From Gemmatimonadota bacterium (GTDB taxonomy: Bacteria; Gemmatimonadota; Gemmatimonadetes; Palauibacterales; Palauibacteraceae): a DNA stretch of 53,144 nt. Shown here one piece after another: positions 45,908 through 53,144 of the stretch. Under the pieces are notes generated by a model, which made no database searches, was not told the origin of the DNA, and worked only from the letters and a program-made list of their open reading frames with translations. Position numbers and translations under genes: made by a program. Every line of letters begins with the position of its first letter. Position 1 is the stretch's first letter. The stretch is taken from the NCBI GenBank assembly GCA_039585915.1, contig JBDGUZ010000001.1, forward strand, positions 1 to 53,144. Direction: 5' to 3'.

Positions 45908-45925
45908 GACCCCCCTGCACGAAAA

Positions 45926-45949
45926 GTGGGAAAGCGGGAAAGTGGGAAT
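45926..45949 (+). repeat. 24-nt motif GTGGGAAAGCGGGAAAGTGGGAAT, copy B
   Basis: Read directly. It matches copy A (43667-43690) at 22 of 24 positions and sits about 108 nt upstream of the SDR start. Confidence 0.85.
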
Positions 45950-46057
45950 ACGGCTGCAGGGAGCGAACAGGAGTGATGATGAGTCAGCCCTTCCGCAAAT
46001 CCGCGCCCGTTCTATCTTGGGGTTCGAACAGTTTCAAGTGACCAGCAAGGAGGACCA

Positions 46058-46954
46058 GTGCCCAGGACCGTAGTCATCACCGGATGCAGCACCGGCTTCG
46101 GCCGTCTCGCCGCCCTTCGTCACGCCCGCCAGGGTGACCGGGTCTACGCGACTATGAGGGGCGTGGGTGGAAAGAACCGGGGAAACGCGGAAGCGCTCAC
46201 TACTGCAGCCGCGGCCGAGGGGATCGATCTTCGGGTGCTCGAGATGGATGTAACATTCGACGCGTCTGTAAACGCCGCCGCGCAGACGGTCCTCAACGAA
46301 TCCGGAGCGCCCGACGTCGTGATCAACAACGCGGGCCAGATGTACGTGGGCCTGGCGGAGGCCTACACGTCTGACGAGGTGGGCCGGCAGATGGACGTGA
46401 ATGTCCTCGGTATCCACCGGGTGACACGCGCCTTCCTCCCGGCGATGCGCAACAGAGGCGATGGGCTGTTCATCAACGTCAGTTCTGTCGCCGGCCGGTT
46501 CGGCGCACCGTTCTTCGCCGTGTATAACGCGAGCAAATGGGCCGTCGAGGGATACTCGGCCGGGATCCGCACCGAGCTCGCGTCGTCGGGCGTGGACGTG
46601 GTCGTGGTAGAACCCGGACCGTTCACCACGGAACTTTTCCCGCAGGCCCCGGCGCCGGCGGACGCGGACGGTCGCGGCGCCGCATATCCGGCAGCGCTGC
46701 ACGAGGCGTTCGAGGGCATGGGCGCAGCGTTCGAGGAGATGTTCGCCAGCCCCGAGGTCAACACGGACCCCGAGTTGGTCGTGGACACGTTCATCGAGCT
46801 CGCGGACATGGCGCCCGGAACCAGGCCGTTTCGCAGCGTCGTCGGCTTCGACTTCGGTGTGGTCGGCCCGATGAACGCCGCGGTCGAGCCGTTCTACGGC
46901 GAAGTGTTGGATGCGATGGGCATGGCGGAAGTCGCGACGATCAGGCCAAGTTGA
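46058..46954 (+). CDS. SDR-family oxidoreductase
   Basis: GTG start with an AAGGAGGA RBS. VVITGCSTGFGR (TGxxxGxG), NNAG, and S...YNASKWA (YxxxK). Confidence 0.9.
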   Translation: MPRTVVITGCSTGFGRLAALRHARQGDRVYATMRGVGGKNRGNAEALTTAAAAEGIDLRVLEMDVTFDASVNAAAQTVLNESGAPDVVINNAGQMYVGLAEAYTSDEVGRQMDVNVLGIHRVTRAFLPAMRNRGDGLFINVSSVAGRFGAPFFAVYNASKWAVEGYSAGIRTELASSGVDVVVVEPGPFTTELFPQAPAPADADGRGAAYPAALHEAFEGMGAAFEEMFASPEVNTDPELVVDTFIELADMAPGTRPFRSVVGFDFGVVGPMNAAVEPFYGEVLDAMGMAEVATIRPS

Positions 46955-46967
46955 CTGACCTCACGGT

Positions 46968-46999
46968 TGCCATACTGCCAGATATATGGTAGTATGGCA
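46968..46999. promoter_or_regulatory. inverted repeat (putative VapB operator) spanning the vapB start codon
   Basis: TGCCATACT-N14-AGTATGGCA, perfect 9-bp arms read directly. The right arm contains the ATG at 46994. Confidence 0.5.
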
Positions 47000-47296
47000 T
47001 CCGTGGCTTCTACCAAAGTGACGTTCACGCTGGACGAGAAGACCGTCGCGCGGCTCAACCGGGCCGCCGGGTACCTCCGTATCCCCAAGAGCCAGGTCGT
47101 CCGCGAGGCGATCGGCGAGTACAGCGCCAACCTCGGGCGACTGAGCGAGGAGGAGCGCGACCGGATGCTCAGTGTGTTCGACGAAGCAGTCGCCAGCATC
47201 CCCACGCGGCCGCGGAAGGAAGTAGAGGAGGAGCTCCGGGCGATTCGTGACGCCCGCCGCGGTGGAGGTCGCCGGACGCCGTCCGGGGATCAATGA
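46994..47296 (+). CDS. vapB: ribbon-helix-helix (CopG-type) antitoxin
   Basis: MASVASTKVTFTLDEKTVARLNRAAGYLRIPKSQVVREAI is an RHH fold pattern. ATGA overlap with the PIN gene. Confidence 0.85.
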   Translation: MASVASTKVTFTLDEKTVARLNRAAGYLRIPKSQVVREAIGEYSANLGRLSEEERDRMLSVFDEAVASIPTRPRKEVEEELRAIRDARRGGGRRTPSGDQ

Positions 47297-47673
47297 TCTT
47301 CCTCGACACCTCCGTCCTGATCGACGGATTTGGCGGCGAAACGGACACCCGGAAGAGCCTCAGGACAGCCCTCGCTCGGAGTGAGGTCATCCAGCTTCCG
47401 AGTCTGGTGCTGTACGAATGGCTACGCGGTCCGCGCGCACCGGCGGAACTCGAGGCACAGGAACGCCTGTTTCCGGCGAGTCGGGCCGTGCCCTTCGGAA
47501 CCGAAGCGGCCCAGGCGGCCGCAAGACTCTACTCGACGCTCCCGCGAGTGCGTGGTAGAGAGATGGACTTCGCGATCGCGGCCTGCGCCCTGGTATGGGA
47601 GGCGGAGTTGTGGACGCTGAACCTCGGCGACTTCGACGACATTCCGGACCTGAAGGTCTATCTGCCGGGCTGA
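47293..47673 (+). CDS. vapC: PIN-domain toxin
   Basis: MIFLDTSVLID (first acidic residue), further acidic residues (E, D..AIAA, ..N..DF), 126 aa. Confidence 0.88.
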   Translation: MIFLDTSVLIDGFGGETDTRKSLRTALARSEVIQLPSLVLYEWLRGPRAPAELEAQERLFPASRAVPFGTEAAQAAARLYSTLPRVRGREMDFAIAACALVWEAELWTLNLGDFDDIPDLKVYLPG

Positions 47674-48467
47674 GAGTAGAATCCTACCAGCCCGTCGCGG
47701 AAACTGTGCGGCCATACCGACATGTGATCCTGGTTGTCGTACACGCGGAAGCTCCAGCGAAGACTGTCGGGCGCATTCTGCTCCAGCCAGGCAGCGAACT
47801 CGGTCCCCGCGTCCAGGAAGCGTGGCTCCTCCTCTGCGCCGACGCTAAGAGCGAGGAATGTGTTCCGGTCCTCCCAGGCCGTGAACCGAGCAGCCGCGAG
47901 CTCGCGGACGTACCAATCGTCCCAGGAAATCACCGGACTCGACGCTATGTAACCCGCGAACAACCCCGGGTCGCGCACCATGACGAAGGCCGAGAATAGC
48001 CCCCCCAGAGAATGTCCATACAGGATGCGAGTCGGTCCCGTCCTGTAATTGGCATCGATGTGCGGTATGACTTCTTCCGCGATGAACCGGAAGAACTCCG
48101 CTCCTCCACCACTGCCCGGTCTGCTTTGCAGCGCGGTAGGCGTGAGGTCGGACCGGCGATCCTGGTGTGGAATGCCGACGACGATCATTTCGGGTACGGT
48201 TTCGGCGCGCGACAGGGAATCGACGATCGGGACGGCGATGCGGTCGATAGCCTCGCCGTCGGTGAAGTAGAGAACCGGATAAGAGTCGGTCCTCATTTCG
48301 TAGCCCACGGGCAGTCTGACGTAGACGGCGCGTTCCGTGCCCAGGATCTCGGAAGGGATCGCCAGGGTGACGGCCTGAGCTGCAAGCATCCCGGCAGCGA
48401 GAATCAACCACAGACTTCCCATCGCGGCAGCACGCCAGATCATTCGCATCATGTCTCCTGTCTTCAT
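47658..48467 (-). CDS. secreted alpha/beta hydrolase ('putative esterase' family)
   Basis: Signal peptide after MKTGDMMRMIW..LWLILAAGMLAAQA, and nucleophile elbow LYGHSLGGLFS. The exact start (48467 versus nearby Met codons) is uncertain. Confidence 0.8.
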   Translation of the reverse strand: MKTGDMMRMIWRAAAMGSLWLILAAGMLAAQAVTLAIPSEILGTERAVYVRLPVGYEMRTDSYPVLYFTDGEAIDRIAVPIVDSLSRAETVPEMIVVGIPHQDRRSDLTPTALQSRPGSGGGAEFFRFIAEEVIPHIDANYRTGPTRILYGHSLGGLFSAFVMVRDPGLFAGYIASSPVISWDDWYVRELAAARFTAWEDRNTFLALSVGAEEEPRFLDAGTEFAAWLEQNAPDSLRWSFRVYDNQDHMSVWPHSFRDGLVGFYSQPGR

Positions 48468-48649
48468 GCCTGCAGCCGTGTTCGTAGAGCCGTGCCGGGG
48501 CTGGGACGCGTACCAGGTCACGAGTCGGGTCGGCTACTTCGAACTTACGGCATCCGCGGCGGCTCGGCCCGTCGTTCTTTCTTTGACTTCTCAACGGATC
48601 TTGACCTTCGTGGGTCGGAGGAAATTCCCCCCCCCATTCCGGAGGCAGT

Positions 48650-49138
48650 ATGCGAAAGCTCGTCATCCCGTCCGTCGTTCTTGCCGTCGCCGCGGTGGTT
48701 CTCGCCTTCCGTCCTGCCCCGCCGCCCGAAGTGTCGGCCATCAACGGCGCATGGAAGGCGGTGCACGTCGCCTTCGCGTCTTCCGACACCAGCTGGGCCA
48801 GGGACAATTCCAATCCCAACATTACGATCTACTCGGATGGCCACTGGTCGACCGCGCGAATCCGCGGCGATGGCGGTGCCAGGGCCGACCTGCCCGAGGA
48901 TCCTTCGGATGAGCAACTCCTGGAGGCCTGGAGGCGATTCCGCGGTTCGGCCGGTAGTTACACGATTTCCGGGTCCACAATTCATGGTACCACGCTGGTG
49001 GCCATGAGTCCGAACGCAATGTCCGGTGACAACACCTGGTCCACCGAATACTGGATCAAGGATGGAAAGCTGACCCGGGTGTTCGAGAACGACGAGAACG
49101 GCAACACCTGGACGGTGACGTTCGAGCGGTTGGAATAG
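48650..49138 (+). CDS. secreted lipocalin-like / small beta-barrel hypothetical protein
   Basis: GGAGG RBS and signal peptide MRKLVIPSVVLAVAAVVLAF. The pattern GAWKAV...GSYTISGSTIHG...KDGKLTRVFE...WTVTFERL is typical of lipocalin-like domains. Confidence 0.7.
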   Translation: MRKLVIPSVVLAVAAVVLAFRPAPPPEVSAINGAWKAVHVAFASSDTSWARDNSNPNITIYSDGHWSTARIRGDGGARADLPEDPSDEQLLEAWRRFRGSAGSYTISGSTIHGTTLVAMSPNAMSGDNTWSTEYWIKDGKLTRVFENDENGNTWTVTFERLE

Positions 49139-49147
49139 CCTCAATCA

Positions 49148-49180
49148 GGGGGAGAGGCCTGCTCGACAGGCTTCTCCCCT
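49148..49180 (+). terminator. stem-loop after the lipocalin-like gene (terminator-like, no U-tract)
   Basis: GGGGGAGAGGCCTG-ctcga-CAGGCTTCTCCCCT forms a 13-14-bp stem with two G-U pairs. Confidence 0.5.
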
Positions 49181-49206
49181 GCATGACTTCCCGGCTATAT
49201 TCATCC

Positions 49207-49533
49207 ATGCCCTGGATCTACCTGATCATCGCCGGAGTCTTCGAGTGGGGCTGGCCGGTCGGCCTCAAGCTGGGAATGGCCGAGACCGGGCTGCGCTGGA
49301 ACTGGATCGTGTTCGCCATCGTGTGCATGGCGCTGAGCGGGGTCCTGCTCATGATGGCCCAGCGGACGATTCCGATCGGCACCGCCTATGCCGTGTGGAC
49401 CGGGATCGGAGCAGTCGGGACGTTCTTCCTCGGAATATTCATCTTCAGTGAACCCACGAATCTCGCGCGCTTCTTCTTCGTCGGACTGATCCTCGTGGGG
49501 ATCATCGGGCTGAAGGCGGCGTCAGCCACCTGA
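49207..49533 (+). CDS. sugE: SMR-family exporter (SugE/Gdx-like)
   Basis: MPWIYLIIAGVFEWGWPVGLKLG carries the conserved membrane Glu. Four TM helices, about 108 aa. Confidence 0.88.
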   Translation: MPWIYLIIAGVFEWGWPVGLKLGMAETGLRWNWIVFAIVCMALSGVLLMMAQRTIPIGTAYAVWTGIGAVGTFFLGIFIFSEPTNLARFFFVGLILVGIIGLKAASAT

Positions 49534-49558
49534 GCCGGGCCAGAAGGAGACAGAATCC

Positions 49559-49819
49559 GTGGACCCCATACTGCTCTTCGGAACCATGGTGTTCTGGATC
49601 ATCATTGCCGGCATCATCGGCGGCGTCATTCTGCTCAGACCTGTGTCCAAGCGCCTCGGGCACTTTTTGGATGAGTGGATTGCCATCCGCAAGGCGGAGC
49701 AGGCAGGCTCGAGCGAGCGGCTCGAAGAACTGGCGGCACGCTTCGAGACCCTCGAGGAAGGCCAACGTCGCCTGCTCGAGCACCAGGAATTCATTCAGGA
49801 GTTGAAGCGGGACGGGTAG
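49559..49819 (+). CDS. small membrane-anchored coiled-coil protein (PspB-like architecture)
   Basis: GTG start with an AAGGAGA RBS. One TM helix (LLFGTMVFWIIIAGIIGGVILL), then a Glu/Arg-rich helix (LEELAARFETLEEGQRRLLEHQEFIQEL). Confidence 0.55.
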   Translation: MDPILLFGTMVFWIIIAGIIGGVILLRPVSKRLGHFLDEWIAIRKAEQAGSSERLEELAARFETLEEGQRRLLEHQEFIQELKRDG

Positions 49820-49995
49820 CAGGGCACCACGTCTCGTCCACCCGAATCTGATTTCGGGTAGCGGGTGTAGACCAGTCGAAGGACCATCAATTCGTAACGG
49901 CCGGATCAACCGATCGGTCCAATACTCATTACATTGTCGGAACGAACGACGCAGTCCAAATCTGATGTGGAGACCGAATAAGACCCTTCTTTCTC

Positions 49996-50433
49996 GTGGC
50001 TCTGGTAGTCCTCGGCGTGTCTGCCTACAGCAGTGACGACCCGACTGGTGTCCCAGGTGTTCATCTCGATATCCGGGGGAACTTCGTTGGCCTGTTTGAG
50101 GAGGTGGGAGTTTCGGGGGCAGGGAATACCGAATTCCAGTGTGACATGAAGGTCGGTGTCGTGGATCAGTTCGAAAGCGCCTTCATCGCCGATGTGTACT
50201 TTCTCCAGGGAATGGACTGCGCGGAGGAGACGCTGTGGGTCGAAGCAGCGTCCGGCAGCATCGACCTGGATGGCAATGTCGTCCTGGCATGGGATAACTC
50301 GCCTTCCTGCAACGTCTTTGATGGCGATAAACAACTGACAGGAACTCTGGTCGGTAACGTGCTCGCGCTGACAGCCGATCAGGTCTGTGATGACATCGCT
50401 TTCACGGATACGTACACGGGGAACCGAAGCTGA
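49996..50433 (+). CDS. hypothetical Cys-containing secreted protein, N-terminus apparently frameshifted
   Basis: Coding-like GC3. The text begins in mid signal peptide (ALVVLGVSA/YSSDD). An ATG at 49965 in the +1 frame encodes MWRPNKT..., which would complete the signal. Confidence 0.45.
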   Translation: MALVVLGVSAYSSDDPTGVPGVHLDIRGNFVGLFEEVGVSGAGNTEFQCDMKVGVVDQFESAFIADVYFLQGMDCAEETLWVEAASGSIDLDGNVVLAWDNSPSCNVFDGDKQLTGTLVGNVLALTADQVCDDIAFTDTYTGNRS

Positions 50434-50513
50434 TTCGTGACGTCTGGAGCGCACCGCTCGTCATCTGAATAGAGAACAGCTGGATGACGAGGCTTCTGGC
50501 GAAGGGCTGACTG

Positions 50514-51152
50514 GTGCTGACGAGAGCGAAGCATGCACTCGTGGCGACATCTGTTGTCACGGCCTTGCTGGTACTCATGAGTTCCTCTTGTTCCACCGTC
50601 AGCTACAGCGAAGACTTCGACCGCCAGGCCCCCGTGCCGTCTTCGGGGACCTGGGCCTGGAAACCGTTGACGACTGGCCAGCAGCAATCCCTCGCCGCGA
50701 TCAGCCCGTTCCTGCAACGACGAGTCGAACGAGCCGTCGAGCGCGAGTTGTACGACCGTGGCTTCGAGCTCGTGTCGGACGCATCGCCTGACTTTCTGAT
50801 TTCCGCATACCCGATCCTGCCGGATCGTTCGTCCAGGGCACTCGGCACCAATCGGAACCGCTCCCCGGTGCGTGTCTCTGTGGGCATCGGAGTCGGCTTC
50901 GGCCGGCCTTACGGCTGGGGTCGACCCTATGGGTACCGCGGCTGGGGCCGCGGATTCGGTCCCACCGTCAGCTTCTGGAATCCATATCCGTGGTGGGGTT
51001 GGAACCGGCCTTACTTCGGCTACATGAGCGTCGGCTGGACACCAGGGTTCGGATACGGCGCCTACTCGGTCGGAGGGTATGGACGATCCTCCGTGATCGG
51101 GTCAGGCGATCGCGGTCCCGGTACACTGGTGATCGATGTGATCCTCCGGTGA
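50514..51152 (+). CDS. DUF4136-like lipoprotein with G/Y/W/R-rich C-terminal tail
   Basis: Signal plus Cys (VVTALLVLMSSSC), a DUF4136-like core (FLISAYPIL), and the tail GFGRPYGWGRPYGYRGWGRGFGP...NPYPWWGWNRPYFGY. Confidence 0.65.
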   Translation: MLTRAKHALVATSVVTALLVLMSSSCSTVSYSEDFDRQAPVPSSGTWAWKPLTTGQQQSLAAISPFLQRRVERAVERELYDRGFELVSDASPDFLISAYPILPDRSSRALGTNRNRSPVRVSVGIGVGFGRPYGWGRPYGYRGWGRGFGPTVSFWNPYPWWGWNRPYFGYMSVGWTPGFGYGAYSVGGYGRSSVIGSGDRGPGTLVIDVILR

Positions 51153-51260
51153 CGAACTCGACTCCTACATCGATCAGATCGTGCAGAGGACTCTAGCAGG
51201 CTTCCCACCTGAACGGAGTGACTGAGGAAATCGCACCTTGGTCCGCCCCGAATCTTGTCC

Positions 51261-51884
51261 TCAGGGCCGGTCCGCGACGAAGATCCTGGTCTCGTCCTTT
51301 CCTCCCGCCAGGAAATACAGGCGTCCTCCTTGCGCCGTTACCCGTGCGGTCAGCAGATGAAAGTCGGCGTCCACCGCATGGAAATCCAGTTCCTCACCGT
51401 TATCCGAAAGGTGTAGAAAGCCCTTGCGGTCGGGACTCAGAACGTAGAGCCAGATGTCCCCAGTCTCATCGACCAGGAGGTGTTGGATCAACTGGTAGTT
51501 CTCGGGCACGTTCATGAACAGCGGCGGGCTGAGACTGGCCTGCTCTTCCCGGATCGCCCGGATTTCATCTGGCGGGAAGGGGAGTGCGGGCCAGGAGGCC
51601 GAATAGACGGTCTCGTCCAGCCCGGCGCGCCTGACGTGAATCCTGGCCTCATCGGTGACAGCCCATACGAGTCATCCGTCTGGCAGAAAGTCGTAGACGT
51701 AGGACCGGGCCTGGGTAGGCCCGATGAAGAACATCTCTCCCGGCTCGACGCCCGCGAATAGCTCGCCGAGTCCATAGGCCGCTACCCGGGACTGCTCCAG
51801 CCCGTCGGCGCTCCTGTGAGTGAGGGCCTTCTCGGCGGTCTCCTCGATGATCCACTCCCCGGTCCACTGCCCGTCCGGATGGAG
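51261..51884 (-). pseudogene. beta-propeller-like gene remnant: 5'-truncated and interrupted by an in-frame TGA (51672-51674)
   Basis: ORF 51672..52232(-) (protein-like only from ~51884) and ORF 51261..51515(-) are in the same frame. Translating across the stop gives ...SYVYDFLPDG*LVWAVTDEARIHVRRAGLDETVYS...MNVPENYQLIQHLLVDETGDIWLYVLS...RLYFLAGGKDETRIFVADRP. Confidence 0.6.
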
Positions 51885-51965
51885 CCGTGGAAGATCGCAG
51901 ACGATCGTGTCGGCGAGCGCCCGCCGACTCCGAATCTGTGGCCGTGGAAGGGAGCGATCGCCGAT

Positions 51966-52349
51966 TGGGAGCTGGATTTCAGCGCGGGCTACCGTGCGCA
52001 TATCGACTCGATGATCGTGATCGGCGGTTCGTCCCGCGACTGGGAGAACGAGCGGGTCCACATGAACCTGATGGTGAATGAACCTCACATTCTCCTGACG
52101 GACCTGCGTGCGATCACGAGTCCGGTGCTGGTGATGACCAGCGATGACGACATCATCAAGCCCAGGCACATCCTCGAGATCTACGAGAACATTCCGAACG
52201 CCCACCTGTTCGTCATGCCCGGGGCGACACACTTCATGCTTAGGAACGAATACGAACTGTTCAACTACATGGCCGACAGGTTCTTGAAGGCGCCGTTCGA
52301 GTGTCTGACGAGCCGGGATGTACTGATGGAGCTGCTCGGCATCGAGTAG
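51966..52349 (+). pseudogene. C-terminal fragment of an alpha/beta hydrolase
   Basis: ITSPVLVMTSDDDIIKPRHILEIYENIPNAHLFVMPGATHFMLRNEYELFNYMADRFL is the Asp/His end of an alpha/beta-fold enzyme. No nucleophile-elbow part is visible in any upstream frame. Confidence 0.55.
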
Positions 52350-52510
52350 ACTCAGTGGCTCAGCGGGATCCTATTTCAGTTCCGGGAAAGCCTGACTGAA
52401 CGTCCGACGCCGCTCGCAAAGCCAGGTACTGAGCCCTATATTATATTCCTTAGCCGGACCCGCCAGTCGCCCCCTCCTGACGTGTCTCTCTCGTAACGGA
52501 GGAGGCGAGA

Positions 52511-52849
52511 ATGCCTGCCAGGATCCTGCAGATCAATTTCAAGCTGAACGTTCCTCGCGAGGAGTTCGAGGGGATCGCTCGGTCGCTTGTCGGCGACTTC
52601 GCTCAGCTCGGCGGCCTGACCTGGAAGATCTGGCTGATGAACGAGGACGAGCGCGAGGCCGGGGGCATCTATCTGTTCGAGGATGCCCCAGCCCTGGACG
52701 CCTATCTCGCGGGACCGCTTGCGGCCGCAGTCATGGCGCATCCCGCACTGTCAGACCTCGTAGCAAAGCAGTTCGATGTGATCGAGGACTGCACGGCCAT
52801 TACCAGGGGCCCCGTGGAAGTGTTGGGGGCGGCCCGGGGACCCCACTGA
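52511..52849 (+). CDS. ydhR: YdhR-family putative monooxygenase (dimeric alpha-beta barrel)
   Basis: GGAGGAGG RBS. LQINFKLN...GLTWKIWLMNEDEREAGGIYLFEDAPALDAYL...VAKQFDV parallels E. coli YdhR as I remember it. Confidence 0.8.
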   Translation: MPARILQINFKLNVPREEFEGIARSLVGDFAQLGGLTWKIWLMNEDEREAGGIYLFEDAPALDAYLAGPLAAAVMAHPALSDLVAKQFDVIEDCTAITRGPVEVLGAARGPH

Positions 52850-53032
52850 GCCCGGACTGAACTGCAGAGTCTGACTCCGGGGAACAGCGGTCCTCCTGGC
52901 TCTGATCTACCGACCCCTGATCATGGATGCATGCAGGGGAGTCCGTGGTCTATGGCCCTGCGGCTGGGCTCCCGCCTCTGTATCTTAAGAAACCTGACCA
53001 CACAAAGTTCGCGTCGTAGCGGGGGTTCGCGC

Positions 53033-53144
53033 ATGATCCACCGGTCACTGTCTGCCGTCATCATTTCGAAGAATGAGGAAGACAGGATCGGGTCATGCCT
53101 GCGCGCTCTGGCCGGCTGGGCGGGAGAGATCATCGTCGTTGACT
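53033..53144 (+). CDS. glycosyltransferase family 2, 5' partial (runs off the window)
   Basis: My own translation from the ATG at 53033 gives MIHRSLSAVIISKNEEDRIGSCLRALAGWAGEIIVVD, a typical GT2 N-terminus ending at the first Asp of the DxD region. Confidence 0.7.
   Translation, partial: MIHRSLSAVIISKNEEDRIGSCLRALAGWAGEIIVVD

Noticed and set aside
49139-49206. Possible guanidine riboswitch ahead of the SugE/Gdx-like gene
   Set aside because: There is only one hairpin, its loop is CTCGA rather than ACGR, and there is no second mini-ykkC hairpin or ykkC-type structure. It is better explained as the terminator of the upstream gene.
49906-50454. 182-aa - strand ORF overlapping 49996..50433(+)
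   Set aside because: The + frame has a coding-like G/C third-position bias and a signal-peptide fragment. The - frame lacks both, so only the + ORF was kept, at low confidence.
51672-51674. In-frame TGA as a selenocysteine codon
   Set aside because: I see no convincing SECIS-type hairpin in the ~40 nt downstream. The local context (PDG_LVW in a propeller strand) is not a redox Cys/Sec site. A nonsense mutation or sequencing error is more likely.

Overview
This is a 53.1-kb, visibly GC-rich chromosomal fragment with strong G/C bias at third codon positions. It comes from a diderm bacterium, judged by the porin, TolC-type, Wza-type and lipoprotein genes. The taxon cannot be fixed from sequence alone. 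I support about 52 protein-coding genes, 2-3 gene remnants, a few hairpin terminators and several recurring intergenic motifs. By eye I found no rRNA, tRNA, CRISPR array, transposase or integrase. Gene order, left to right: (a) an NHL-repeat lipoprotein; (b) a translationally coupled porin / FMN-binding / 4-TM His-rich membrane operon facing an HsmA-family membrane protein, bracketed by three copies of a TTCCGCGGAA-core palindrome; (c) a Met/His-rich small ORF plus a cusCBA-type Cu(I)/Ag(I) RND efflux operon; (d) a Big_2 / Pro-repeat / TIM-barrel-like secreted protein; (e) a ~15.5-kb Wzx/Wzy-type polysaccharide locus (13.3-28.7 kb) with wza, wzc, an orphan P-loop kinase-like gene, wzx, two GT4 genes, an O-antigen-ligase-family polymerase, a PglC-like initiating transferase chained to a proline dehydrogenase and a FemAB/GNAT-like transferase, and PglE-/PglF-like genes; (f) DUF411, udk, DUF547, a metzincin, DUF456 and a TetR-MBL-barrel unit; (g) a sulfotransferase convergent with a pyruvate-kinase::ATP-sulfurylase fusion that is stop/start-coupled to an M19 dipeptidase; (h) a GH29-PA14 fucosidase, an amidohydrolase, a PDZ fragment, gdh, an SDR, vapBC, an esterase, sugE and small membrane proteins; (i) a right-hand patch (49.9-52.4 kb) with signs of gene decay; (j) a ydhR-like gene and a partial GT2. 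Many long ORFs in the six-frame track are antisense shadow ORFs typical of high-GC DNA and were rejected. The candidates most worth follow-up are the PK::Sat fusion and its sulfation neighbourhood, the PGT-ProDH-FemAB-like triad in a bacillosamine-like glycan locus that lacks a PglD-type acetyltransferase, the FMN/cytochrome-b-like/porin module with its shared palindrome, and a 24-nt (GGGAAAGT)x3 motif present at two divergent promoters. All family names come from reading motifs by eye and memory; no database search was run.
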